Shown piece after piece: positions 1-8,846 of a stretch of 64,000 bases of DNA. The stretch is taken from positions 64,001 to 128,000 of the forward strand of contig CAVYVF010000002.1 in the NCBI GenBank assembly GCA_963771885.1, in the 5' to 3' direction. This DNA comes from Candidatus Bathyarchaeota archaeon (GTDB lineage Archaea; Thermoproteota; Bathyarchaeia; TCS64). The notes beneath the pieces are model-generated. The model did not search any database. It was not told the origin of the DNA and worked only from the letters and a program-made list of their open reading frames with translations. Position 1 is the first letter of the stretch. Every line of letters begins with the position of its first letter. The translations under genes and the position numbers were made by a program.

Positions 1-312
1 TTCATTCCGGAGGCTTTCCACAATGCCACCGTTGCCTCGGAGGGAGACCAAGCTATCCTAAGGCACCTCTGCGCCGTCCTCCTCAAAGATCCCATGGAGG
101 GTGAACACCTCGTCGCGAAGACACACCGCTTCATCGACCTCCTCAGGCCCGGCTTCGGCAAGATACTTGAGGTCCAGGCGAGGGGCGAGGGACGCCTAGC
201 CCGCATGTTAAGCGCCCTCTACATCGGCGACTATGTAAGCACCTACCTCGGAATCCTCTACGGCAAAGACCCGAGCACCGTCGAGTCAATTAACCAGCTT
301 AAGCGTGTTTAG
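1..312 (+). CDS. Bifunctional phosphoglucose/phosphomannose isomerase, C-terminal part (gene begins before the window)
   Basis: Frame is open from base 1 (FIPEAFHNATV...). PExxHN motif and C-terminal GDYVSTYLG...DP...I..LK are typical of archaeal PGI/PMI. Confidence 0.8.
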   Translation, partial: FIPEAFHNATVASEGDQAILRHLCAVLLKDPMEGEHLVAKTHRFIDLLRPGFGKILEVQARGEGRLARMLSALYIGDYVSTYLGILYGKDPSTVESINQLKRV

Positions 313-352
313 GGCGGCCCCCTTTTAACCCCCCATGCGGTTTAATCGAGCA

Positions 353-868
353 ATGGTTGTTGAGGTTGACGACTCCGGCTGGGGTGACCTCGTGGGCGGC
401 GCAGTGATTGTGATGAGGCGCCTCGGAAGGAACGAGAAGTACGTAGGCGGTGTGCCCGTCGAGGCCTTCCAGGGACAGGCGTTCAAGGCGAAAGCATACC
501 TCCCATATGTCCTCCGAATCGTCAGGGAAGGCGCAGAAGCCCTCGGCATCGAAAAAGACGAGCCTGTCCACATATGCACCGGTTACATCCTCAGCGAGGT
601 TAGAAAGGCGCTCACCAACGAGGGCTACAAGGTCGTTCCCTCTCGTATAGTCGGTGCAACCCAAGAGTTAGCTGAGGCGGAGTATATCAAACACCTGAGC
701 CGCCTCGGTGTCGGCACTCCTGAGGAGGCGAGGAGGATCAGGGGATTCGACGCCAGCCTCGCTTGGGTGCTCCGAGACGTTGATAAGCGGGAGCGCCTCG
801 TAAAGACGGGCTGGAAGAGCTGGCCTAGACTCAAGACTGGTGAGGATGTTGATCCCAAGCAGGCGTAA
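353..868 (+). CDS. Uncharacterised protein with an RNase HII-like N-terminal motif (DDSGWGDL); paralogue of 24157-24669
   Basis: ORF 335..868. ATG at 353 preferred because TTTTAA lies at 323-328. Motifs shared with the paralogue. Confidence 0.7.
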   Translation: MVVEVDDSGWGDLVGGAVIVMRRLGRNEKYVGGVPVEAFQGQAFKAKAYLPYVLRIVREGAEALGIEKDEPVHICTGYILSEVRKALTNEGYKVVPSRIVGATQELAEAEYIKHLSRLGVGTPEEARRIRGFDASLAWVLRDVDKRERLVKTGWKSWPRLKTGEDVDPKQA

Positions 869-1688
869 GGCTAAACTGTCGATCGCGGTTCCCGCGTCCC
901 TCGTCGGCGAGTACGCGAACCTCAGGGACAAGACTGAGGTGATTGGCCGCGTTGCTCGCAGCGCCGCCATATTCCGGGCGGAAGAGATAGTCATCTACCC
1001 CGACCAACCCGACGAGTCCGGTCTCATCAAGCTCATTCTCGGTTATGTCGAGACCCCTCAGTACCTTCGCAAGTACTTATACAAGGTTCGTCCCGAGTTG
1101 CAGTACGCGGGTACGCTCCCGCCGCTCCGCACAGCCCACCACCAATTGGAGGCGCATATCGCCAACCTACGCGTCGGCGAGTTCCGCGAGGGTATCCTCA
1201 GCGACCAGCAAGGCGTAAACGTCGTCGACATAGGCGTCGAGAAGCCGATCCGGATGATCGGCAAGGCGCCCTCGATGGGCAGCAGGGTAACAGTGAAGAT
1301 CACGGAGACCGGTCTCGAGCCGCGTTGTGAGATGGCGAGGCGGGCTGAGATACCCACATACTGGGGCTACGAGATACAGGCGTCGAAGAAGACCCTCGGC
1401 GACCTAGCCACTGGTGGCTACTACGACCTAACGATCGCGACGAGCAGAACTGGCGCGCCAATCGCCCAAGAGTCGGAACTCCTCAAGGAAAAACTCATTG
1501 AAGCTAATACAGTGCTAGTCGCCTTCGGTAGCCCCCGCACTGGGATACAGGAGATACTCAGGCGGGAGCACAGGGAGATCGCCGACTGCTTCAAGTTCAA
1601 CATCAACACCATCCCCGAGCAGGGCACAGAAACCGTCCGCACCGACGAAGCAGTCCACGCCACCCTCGCCGTCCTCAACCTCTACTAG
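846..1688 (+). CDS. SPOUT-family RNA methyltransferase (MTH1/DUF171 type)
   Basis: IGRVARSAAIF, ETPQYLRK, LPPLRT and NTIPEQGTETVRTDEA motifs. Overlaps the upstream gene, suggesting an operon. Confidence 0.9.
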   Translation: MLIPSRRKAKLSIAVPASLVGEYANLRDKTEVIGRVARSAAIFRAEEIVIYPDQPDESGLIKLILGYVETPQYLRKYLYKVRPELQYAGTLPPLRTAHHQLEAHIANLRVGEFREGILSDQQGVNVVDIGVEKPIRMIGKAPSMGSRVTVKITETGLEPRCEMARRAEIPTYWGYEIQASKKTLGDLATGGYYDLTIATSRTGAPIAQESELLKEKLIEANTVLVAFGSPRTGIQEILRREHREIADCFKFNINTIPEQGTETVRTDEAVHATLAVLNLY

Positions 1689-1732
1689 CGCCAATGTTAA
1701 ATCCCTCACATTTTTCTTAAAGGTGAAGCCAC

Positions 1733-2167
1733 TTGGACGACGCCCACATCGAGTCGGAGTTAAAGGGCAAAACACTCCTAGTCTACATGCATATCCTCAA
1801 GGCGGGGCAGGACACCGTCGGGGTCCGCGAGGTTCAGCGAGCCCTCGGCTTCAGCAGCCCAAGCGTCGCCGCCTACCACCTCCAGAAGCTCCAGGATCTC
1901 GGCCTCATAGAGAACGCCTACGGCGACTACCGGCTCATCAAGGAGATCAAGGTGGGCGTCCTACGCAGCTTCGTCAGCGTCGGCGGGGTAATGCTCCCCC
2001 GCTTTCTCTTCTATGCCGTCCTCGTCACCTCGATGCTCGTCACCTTCGTCGCCTCCTTTCCCTTCATCCCATCACGCGAGTATATCACCACCCTAATCAT
2101 GGGCTTCGTCCCCGCCGCTGTCTTCTGGTACGAGACCGTCAAGATATGGAGGGAGAAGCCGAGCTGA
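1733..2167 (+). CDS. Winged-helix transcriptional regulator with two C-terminal TM helices
   Basis: GVREVQRALGFSSPSVAAYHLQKL HTH segment followed by two hydrophobic segments. TTG start. Confidence 0.8.
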   Translation: MDDAHIESELKGKTLLVYMHILKAGQDTVGVREVQRALGFSSPSVAAYHLQKLQDLGLIENAYGDYRLIKEIKVGVLRSFVSVGGVMLPRFLFYAVLVTSMLVTFVASFPFIPSREYITTLIMGFVPAAVFWYETVKIWREKPS

Positions 2168-2231
2168 CCGTTCTAACATTAGAACAGCTGTTCGGAAGTC
2201 TAGCATTAAGAGCCCCGGGGGTACGCTCTAG

Positions 2232-2612
2232 TTGACAACGATGAAGAACAGTCTCTACGCCCTCGTCGCGGTGCTCGCGGGCGTCATGCTTGTCGGCCTC
2301 CTCCCTGGCCAACTCTCAAATCTAGCCTCCCCAACGGTAACATTGCAGGCTAATGATCCTTTAGGACACAACATCACAATCACTGGTAGCGGGAGTACGA
2401 CTAAGGGGTATAACGATACACTCACACCAGCTGAACAGGAGGCAGCTATAGCTGCGTCTGATGCTCAATCAAGGGCGGATGATGGTGCTACATTTGTATT
2501 GGCTGGAGACACCGCTAATCCATATGCTGACTTAATTTACTACGGCATGATGTGTGTTGGCCTAGTCGTCGCCCTTGGGGTCTACTTCGCCGCTAGGCGG
2601 ATGTTAGGATAG
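2232..2612 (+). CDS. Hypothetical membrane protein with N- and C-terminal TM helices
   Basis: 126-aa ORF with hydrophobic ends and a polar Thr/Ala-rich middle. Confidence 0.65.
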   Translation: MTTMKNSLYALVAVLAGVMLVGLLPGQLSNLASPTVTLQANDPLGHNITITGSGSTTKGYNDTLTPAEQEAAIAASDAQSRADDGATFVLAGDTANPYADLIYYGMMCVGLVVALGVYFAARRMLG

Positions 2613-2788
2613 AAACCTCAACCCTTCGAGGATCTTTTTAGCCCTCTCAAGGAGTTCGCTCTTACCGATCTTCATCTTTGGCCCGGTCGTCTCCACGACC
2701 GCTGAGGCCCGCTGCTGAGCCCACCGCGGTGTGCACGCTTCACCTTTTCTAGGAAACCAATAAAAACAACCTTCCCGCTGATCCACTA

Positions 2789-3349
2789 GTGAAAAACTTG
2801 GTCAAAGCAATGACTGAGCAGAACCTTATAAGCGCTTTCAGCGGTGAGAGCCAGGCACACATGAGGTACCAAGTATTCTCGAAGAGAGCGAAGGAATCGG
2901 GTTTCCCTAACATTAGCCGCCTCTTCACAGCCGTCTCCTACGCGGAGAGGATACACGCGGGCAACCATTACCGAAATATAGTGACGAAGGGTCCCCAGAG
3001 CACATTCGGCGGCGCCCTCTTTGGCGCTCGGACGACGGTCGAGGACCTGCAGCAAGGTATCGACGGGGAAAACCACGAGGTCGAAGAGATGTACCCCGCC
3101 TACATGGCGGTGGCAAAGGACCAGAAGGAGTACGGAGCCGAGGTCACCTTCCGATACGCCTGGGAGGCGGAGAAGACACACGCCGGCCTCTACGCCAAGG
3201 CGAAGGGATATGCGGAGCAGAAAAAGGACGCTGACTTCAAGCAGCTAGGCGTCTGCGACATTTGCGGTTGGACTTTCGAGGGTGACGCCCCTGACCAATG
3301 CCCCATATGCAAGGCGAAGAAGGACAAGTTCACCCTCTTTCCCCCCTAA
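2789..3349 (+). CDS. rbr: Rubrerythrin
   Basis: AFSGESQA, ExxH motifs (ERIH, EKTH), EMYP, and C-terminal CxxCG...CPxC rubredoxin-like site. Confidence 0.93.
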   Translation: MKNLVKAMTEQNLISAFSGESQAHMRYQVFSKRAKESGFPNISRLFTAVSYAERIHAGNHYRNIVTKGPQSTFGGALFGARTTVEDLQQGIDGENHEVEEMYPAYMAVAKDQKEYGAEVTFRYAWEAEKTHAGLYAKAKGYAEQKKDADFKQLGVCDICGWTFEGDAPDQCPICKAKKDKFTLFPP

Positions 3350-3555
3350 AGCCCCTGACTGCAATGCTTCTAACCGACGACCCAATTTATGAGTTGATCT
3401 ACATGAGGGTCAGCGCAAGCATCCTTCTCAATAATGTCTCTTGCATCGACCCTTGTGGCCATTTCGTCAACTGGGTGATTATACCGGAGTCTCGTTGATC
3501 CTTATTACCCCATAAAAATAAGAAACCGCAGCCAGCATACAGTTCTTGAACCCCA

Positions 3556-4812
3556 TTGGTCGAATGCTGGCTCCCCTACGGAAACACCGAAGTATACGTC
3601 ACTGTTGACATAAAGGAACTACTGAGCATAGCGGAGCCGGCTCGAGTCGACCCACAGCAGCACCCCCGCGAGATCGTCTCCAAGGCGCTCGACCAACCGA
3701 GAGGCGCAAAGAAGCTCTCAGAGTTGGTCGGTCCTGATTGCACCGTCGCGATAGCAGTTGAGGGCACGACCGCCCCCGCGAACGCCATCGCCGTCTTAGT
3801 GCCCATAGTCACACAACTCGTCAACCTCATCGTTCCCCGAGACAAGATCACGGTAATAGTAGCGAACGGCGTGAGAGAACGCAGTGGCAGGGAACTTCTA
3901 AAGGCGCTCAAGACTGCTGATGAACTCAAAGGAGTCAACCTCGTCGAACACACCAAGGCGTCCACAGGAATCACTAACCTCGGCGAGACGAGGCAAAAGA
4001 CTCCCGTGTCAATGAACAAATCATACACCGAAGCCAAGGTAAAGATAGCCGTGGGTGAGGTCGAGATAAATCCCTACACTGGCTTCACCGGCGCTCACAC
4101 GGCGCTAGTCCCCGGCATATCCTCTCCGTCGACAGTTGAGACCTATAGAAAGCTAGTCCTAAAAGGCGGCGTTAAGCCTGGCGTTGTCGAGGCGAACCAA
4201 GTCAAGGAGGACGTCCTCGAAGCGGCGAAGATGGCAGGCTGCGATATGGCGGTGCAGCTCGTTACGAATCCTCGAGGTAAGTTGCTCCACGCATTCGTAG
4301 GCGCAATAGAGGAGACGTGGGGGCAGGCAATCTATGCGCTAGGCGCGAGCTACCAAATAAACGCCGAGGCAGGGGCAGACGTCGTCGTCGTGAGCGCCGG
4401 AGGCGCAAAGCATGACAATGACCTATACGCCGCATCATGGGCGTTGCTGAACTCGGCGAGGATTGCTAAAAAGGGAGGCGCCATAATTCTGTTAGCTGAG
4501 TGTCCCGAGGGGCTCGGCCCCGAGTCCTACACCAACCTCGCACACATCGAACAGCAGAGCGAATTGGAGAGGCGCTACGCCCTCGGAGCCGAAGCACTTC
4601 AGATCTTAAAGACGGCAACTGCTAAGTGCCAAGTCATGCTCGTTTCAAGCCTCCCAAAGTACATGGTCGAGCCCTTAGGTCTCACGGTGGCGCGTACGGC
4701 GAACGACGCTTATCAAAAAGCCATAGACGGGAGGAGGGGGCGCAGGACACTAGTAATCCCCTATGGCTGCTCGACAGTCCCCATCGGAGCTAAGCCTGAA
4801 GCAGCACTATAA
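3556..4812 (+). CDS. Lactate racemase (LarA/DUF2088)-fold protein with a degenerate active site
   Basis: LPYG N-terminus, LGETRQKTPV, VVVSAGG, AECPEGLG. Canonical His/Lys ligands are not seen. Confidence 0.8.
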   Translation: MVECWLPYGNTEVYVTVDIKELLSIAEPARVDPQQHPREIVSKALDQPRGAKKLSELVGPDCTVAIAVEGTTAPANAIAVLVPIVTQLVNLIVPRDKITVIVANGVRERSGRELLKALKTADELKGVNLVEHTKASTGITNLGETRQKTPVSMNKSYTEAKVKIAVGEVEINPYTGFTGAHTALVPGISSPSTVETYRKLVLKGGVKPGVVEANQVKEDVLEAAKMAGCDMAVQLVTNPRGKLLHAFVGAIEETWGQAIYALGASYQINAEAGADVVVVSAGGAKHDNDLYAASWALLNSARIAKKGGAIILLAECPEGLGPESYTNLAHIEQQSELERRYALGAEALQILKTATAKCQVMLVSSLPKYMVEPLGLTVARTANDAYQKAIDGRRGRRTLVIPYGCSTVPIGAKPEAAL

Positions 4813-5908
4813 GGGACAGCCCCATGAGGACCGCGTAGCCGACTAAGCCTAGTTTCCTTGTGAAGCTCGTCGGGGACACATCGTCAAGGGGTGCCATCGA
4901 CTCGGTGCCCTCCCTCATCAGGAAGAATGCTATGATCACTGCCATTATGACGTAGCCGGATATCATTAGGAGGAAGACGCCGGTTATTGAGATTATTTTA
5001 TGCGTTTCCCGCCCGAAGAGTGCTCTTATGACGTGGCCGCCGTCGAGCTGCCAACTCGGTATCAGGTTGACGAAGGTGACGAGAAAGCCGACCCAGGATG
5101 CGAAGGCGAGGGGGTGGAGCACGAGGACGCTTCCCTCGGCCACGGGGCGGATGAAATCTGAGACTACCTGCAAGGCGATGGGCATCGGTATCTGCTGGAA
5201 GCGTATCTCAGGGTATGCAACAGCCCACTGCGCTACCTGCCACACAGGCACCGTGAAGCTCAGCATGATGCCGACAACGCCCACGACGAGTGAGGCTACG
5301 AAGCCGAAGACTGGCCCCGCTATGCCGAGGTCGAAGAGGTCGTCCCGATTCGTCGGGGGTTCGTCTTGGCTTATCACAGCGCCGAAAGTCCCGCCCATGC
5401 CCGGGGGCGCGGGAATGAAGAATGGCAGCGAAGCCCTGACGCCCCTCCTCTCCGAGGCGAGCTTATGCCCCATCTCGTGGACCCCAAAGACAAGCATGAT
5501 GCCTATTGTGAATATGAGGGCGTTCATGAAGACGGGCGTCCCAGTCATGAGGGCTTGGGTGAGTACAGGGTTATTGCTCCTCAGATAGCCGTCGATAAAA
5601 ACCGTCACCACAGTCGCCGCGAAGAGCAGCATGTTCCGCGCTTTGCTCCGCCCCTTCTCAGGCGGCCTCGGGCTGAGCGTGACATAATACCTGCCGACTA
5701 TCCACCTAAACTCAGCGAGGTATCCGAGGTGGCGCAACCCGTCTGCGAGTGTCCTAAAGGATCTCTTCAGCACCTGCTGCTTGTCCCCCTCCGACTTCTG
5801 TGAGACTATGTAGTTGGGGGTCTCCTTGTCCATGAAGCGGTCCTCGACGAGGAAAAAGGACTCGACGAGTCCATCGACCTCCGCATTGACGAGGATGCCC
5901 TGCGACAT
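4790..5908 (-). CDS. Site-2 protease (peptidase M50)
   Basis: HEMGH zinc motif, GTFGAVI, IAGP, NLIPSWQLDGGH, multiple TM helices. Confidence 0.93.
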   Translation of the reverse strand: MSQGILVNAEVDGLVESFFLVEDRFMDKETPNYIVSQKSEGDKQQVLKRSFRTLADGLRHLGYLAEFRWIVGRYYVTLSPRPPEKGRSKARNMLLFAATVVTVFIDGYLRSNNPVLTQALMTGTPVFMNALIFTIGIMLVFGVHEMGHKLASERRGVRASLPFFIPAPPGMGGTFGAVISQDEPPTNRDDLFDLGIAGPVFGFVASLVVGVVGIMLSFTVPVWQVAQWAVAYPEIRFQQIPMPIALQVVSDFIRPVAEGSVLVLHPLAFASWVGFLVTFVNLIPSWQLDGGHVIRALFGRETHKIISITGVFLLMISGYVIMAVIIAFFLMREGTESMAPLDDVSPTSFTRKLGLVGYAVLMGLSLIVLLQA

Positions 5909-6006
5909 GGCCGATCAAAGACCCTGAGGAAGCGACCCCATAAAAGGCTTGCAGCCTCCGACGCGTTTAAATCCGCGGGGTTCTCCGCTTGAAAGAGGTA
6001 TCGGGG

Positions 6007-6507
6007 ATGAGCGAGGGCTACACTTTGAGGACATTCAAAGGAGAGGACCTGAACCGCGTCATGGCGATAAACTTCGAGTGCCTCCCCGAGAACTACAGCA
6101 GCAGCTTCTACAGGGAGCTCTACAGTAGATTCCCGGAGACCTTCATAGTCGCGGAGGCGGACGACGAGGTTCAGGGCTATATAATGTGCCGTGTCGAGAG
6201 GGGCTTCAGCAAGCTCAGGAACCTCAGCCCTGCACGGCTTCTGCATGTTGTCTCCATCGCTACACGCGAGCAGTATAGGCGCCGCGGCATCGCCAAGGTA
6301 CTTATGCTCGAGGCTATGAAGAAAGGCGCCGCTTTCTACGAGGCGACGGAGTGCTACCTCGAGGTACGCGTTGGCAACGAGCCCGCGATAAAGCTCTATG
6401 AGAACCTCGGCTTCACGAAGTCGAAGAGAAACTATGGATACTACCTCGACGGTGAGGATGCCTGGGTCATGGCGCTACCGATCACCGGTAAAGGGAAGCT
6501 TCAATAG
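6007..6507 (+). CDS. ard1: N-alpha-acetyltransferase (Ard1/RimI, GNAT)
   Basis: CLPENY, HVVSIA, RRRGIA, LEVRVGN..AI.LY, YY.DGEDA. ATG at 6007 is in frame with ORF 5989..6507. Confidence 0.9.
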   Translation: MSEGYTLRTFKGEDLNRVMAINFECLPENYSSSFYRELYSRFPETFIVAEADDEVQGYIMCRVERGFSKLRNLSPARLLHVVSIATREQYRRRGIAKVLMLEAMKKGAAFYEATECYLEVRVGNEPAIKLYENLGFTKSKRNYGYYLDGEDAWVMALPITGKGKLQ

Positions 6508-6538
6508 CCCCCGAGACACAACGCAGGATGGTGCAAAG

Positions 6539-6706
6539 ATGGACATCGTACTCGCTTGGACGATAGTCATCTACATCGCCGCATTCCTACTGCTGGGCTT
6601 GTTCGCCATGTTCACGAGGAAGCTGATCAAGCAGCACAACGACATCTACCCTCTCCTCTACGCGATGGAGGAGTCGGATAAGAAGAAGGAGCGCGGCAAT
6701 TCCTAG
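6539..6706 (+). CDS. Small single-pass membrane protein (55 aa)
   Basis: MDIVLAWTIVIYIAAFLLLGLFAMF TM helix followed by a charged tail. Confidence 0.6.
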   Translation: MDIVLAWTIVIYIAAFLLLGLFAMFTRKLIKQHNDIYPLLYAMEESDKKKERGNS

Positions 6707-7836
6707 ACATACTGGAGTAGCGACTCCGGGTGTGCCTTCTTGTAATTCTCATACCTCAGGCACAGCCTCCAGAGTATAGCTAGTCCTATGAGCCAGAATG
6801 CGATCGTGGTCTCTATATCAGTCCTGAACAGCGGTTCCTTATCCCAGAGGGGGCGTACCCTGTATAGGATGAGGTGAGTGACGTAGAAGAATAGTGGCGT
6901 CCTCCCGAAAACGAGGATGACGCCGGTGACGCCCTTGCCGTACCAGCTCCGTCCTTCAATGGCGAGGCCGAGGGCGAGTAGCAGGCACATGCCGCCGAAT
7001 GTCACCGTGAGGAAGGCGAGGTCGGGTGGGTACTTCGACACCGCAAGCCATGCTTGTATCGTGTTGCCCTGCCTTGAAACGAGGTTGCCGTACCCGTTGA
7101 GCCACCTAATCACAATGAAGGTGGCGATGGACAGCACACCGCTCAATGTGATGGGTACTACTAACCTCTTAATCCGGTAGCCGTCGAGCCGGTTGAGGTA
7201 AACACCGAAGCACCAGCCTAGCCCCATTACGCCAGCCCAAGGGATTATCGGGTACAGGACCTGGAAGGGGTAACTGTTCAGGTTAGGCTCATGCATATAC
7301 ATCCGCAGCAGTGGCCAAAAAGCCGTGTCCGGGAGGGAACTCAGGTCGAGGAGCGGGTGGAGTAGCACGACCAACACAGACACAGCCAGAATAATCTGCC
7401 AGGGCAGCCGGCGGAGGACACTGAAGATGAGGAAGCACGCAGCGAAACAGCCGAGTACTCCGAAGTAGAGTGGGCTCAGGTCGAAGGCGTTTCCCTCTAT
7501 GAAGACCATGAAGAGGACCAGAACCCCTGCTCGTTTGACTAGGTGGAGGCTGATCTCCCGTTGACTCACACCCCTCTGCAGCCTCCTCGCTGTGGAGATG
7601 GCGATGGATGTTCCCGATAGAAAGAAGAACGTTGGAGCGCAGAAATGAGTTATGAAGCGCGCGAGGTAGGGAACCAGCGGCGCTCCAAGGTAGGGGAACC
7701 CGCCGCCGAGGCCCTCGCCCCCATAATGCTGCTCAAACCAGAAACCCGCAACGTGGTCCCACGCCATCAGCGCCATGATGACGCCACGGGCGAAGTCGAT
7801 TGACCCGAACCTTCCCCGAGGAGTCTGCGCCTGCAT
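6703..7836 (-). CDS. DUF1624 / HGSNAT-like membrane acyltransferase
   Basis: IDFARG..MALMAWDH, RFITHFCAPTFFFLSG, YPIIPW, KYPP, FGRTPLFFY..H. Confidence 0.85.
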   Translation of the reverse strand: MQAQTPRGRFGSIDFARGVIMALMAWDHVAGFWFEQHYGGEGLGGGFPYLGAPLVPYLARFITHFCAPTFFFLSGTSIAISTARRLQRGVSQREISLHLVKRAGVLVLFMVFIEGNAFDLSPLYFGVLGCFAACFLIFSVLRRLPWQIILAVSVLVVLLHPLLDLSSLPDTAFWPLLRMYMHEPNLNSYPFQVLYPIIPWAGVMGLGWCFGVYLNRLDGYRIKRLVVPITLSGVLSIATFIVIRWLNGYGNLVSRQGNTIQAWLAVSKYPPDLAFLTVTFGGMCLLLALGLAIEGRSWYGKGVTGVILVFGRTPLFFYVTHLILYRVRPLWDKEPLFRTDIETTIAFWLIGLAILWRLCLRYENYKKAHPESLLQYV

Positions 7837-7948
7837 GGAATCAACTTCATTTACCGGAGATAAAACGTTTCCAATGCCCGATGCTGTGCCTCAAGTATCC
7901 AGCCGGCAAAGGTATTTAGGCGTCCGGCTCACATGCCTGTAGAACGCA

Positions 7949-8452
7949 ATGGGGGACAAAGCTCTCATACCCTGGCGTGAGGTCGCGAACTGGGGCTGCC
8001 GCGCATGCGGAAACTGCTGCGTCGGCTACAGGGTCCCCCTGAAGATGGACGAGTTCGTAAAGATCGGTAACGCCTGCGGCCAGGAGGTCTTCGAATACGG
8101 CATGGGCAAAGTCTACCTGCGCAACGGCATGAACCGCAGATGCGTGCTCCAGCGCCCACTCATGGACAGGTGGATATGCACCGTACAGGGCATGAAACCC
8201 ACAGCATGCCGCCTATTCCCGTTCCGTATACAACACAAGCCCGTATACCCCCGCGGCGACAACAGCGCATACAGCCTCGGCGACAAGGTCTACTACATCT
8301 ACCTCGACCCCGACTGCGAGGGCATCGTCCCAGGGCAACCCACGGAGAGGTTCGCAATGCAGATACTCCCCGAGATAATCAGGAGCGGCTTCGGCGTCGC
8401 AGGGAAGCAGAGGTTCACAACGTCCAAGTACATCAGCTGGACGCCGCCATGA
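7949..8452 (+). CDS. YkgJ/UPF0153 cysteine-cluster (CxxCxxCC) protein
   Basis: CRACGNCC...C...C....KPTACRLFPF. Confidence 0.85.
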   Translation: MGDKALIPWREVANWGCRACGNCCVGYRVPLKMDEFVKIGNACGQEVFEYGMGKVYLRNGMNRRCVLQRPLMDRWICTVQGMKPTACRLFPFRIQHKPVYPRGDNSAYSLGDKVYYIYLDPDCEGIVPGQPTERFAMQILPEIIRSGFGVAGKQRFTTSKYISWTPP

Positions 8453-8545
8453 CGCCGCCGAAAGCTGATGTTAATAGGAATTAAACCTGTTAATCGAGTT
8501 CCACGAAGCCAGTCCTCGTTTTAGCGGCGCCGACAATTATTCGTC

Positions 8546-8563
8546 GTCCCATCATGATGGGAC
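8546..8563. repeat. Perfect 18-bp palindrome GTCCCATCATGATGGGAC
   Basis: Read directly from the sequence; it is self-complementary. Confidence 0.9.
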
Positions 8564-8672
8564 ATTATTAACTGATGGAGGACAATAATCCAGCGGGATC
8601 GCGGGGAATACTCGAAGAAGTTGTCACACCGGGACAACGCAGCCACTAAATCCGTTAAGATCAATGTATGAA

Positions 8673-8816
8673 TTGCCCAGGTGGGAGCGCCTCAAGGGTC
8701 GGAGCAGCGTTCAAGACCCCCGCGAGACGCAGAACCCAGAGGGACGGGCTGCATAAGGCCCCGGGGGCTTAGGCTCTTGGGAATCCTTCGTCCCCTCGGT
8801 GAGAACACCTGGGCAA
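8673..8816. ncRNA. Candidate structured ncRNA or MITE, about 145 nt, closed by an 11-bp stem
   Basis: TTGCCCAGGTG pairs with CACCTGGGCAA and encloses two long GC-rich hairpins. It lies between convergent genes with no credible ORF. Confidence 0.45.
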
Positions 8817-8846
8817 CTCCATTTTATCTGGAAAAATTAATTCCGG

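Noticed and set aside
2604..2786. 60-aa minus-strand ORF
   Set aside because: Its start collides with the rubrerythrin promoter and start, and it has no recognisable motif. Only the last ~25 residues look protein-like.
8440..8460. Short tandem duplication GACGCCGCC at the YkgJ stop codon
   Set aside because: Too short and GC-rich to call a target-site duplication.
8673..8816. Identification as tRNA, 5S rRNA, SRP RNA, RNase P RNA or 6S RNA
   Set aside because: No T-arm precedes the 3' stem and there is no 5S CCGAAC loop. CCAGGT and GGAGCAG recall SRP helix 8, but the GNRA hairpin is missing and CCAGGT is tied up in the closing stem. GGGGGCTTA recalls RNase P CR-V, but there is no GAGGAA CR-I. 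The resemblance to 6S ends is weak and the topology is not a rod.
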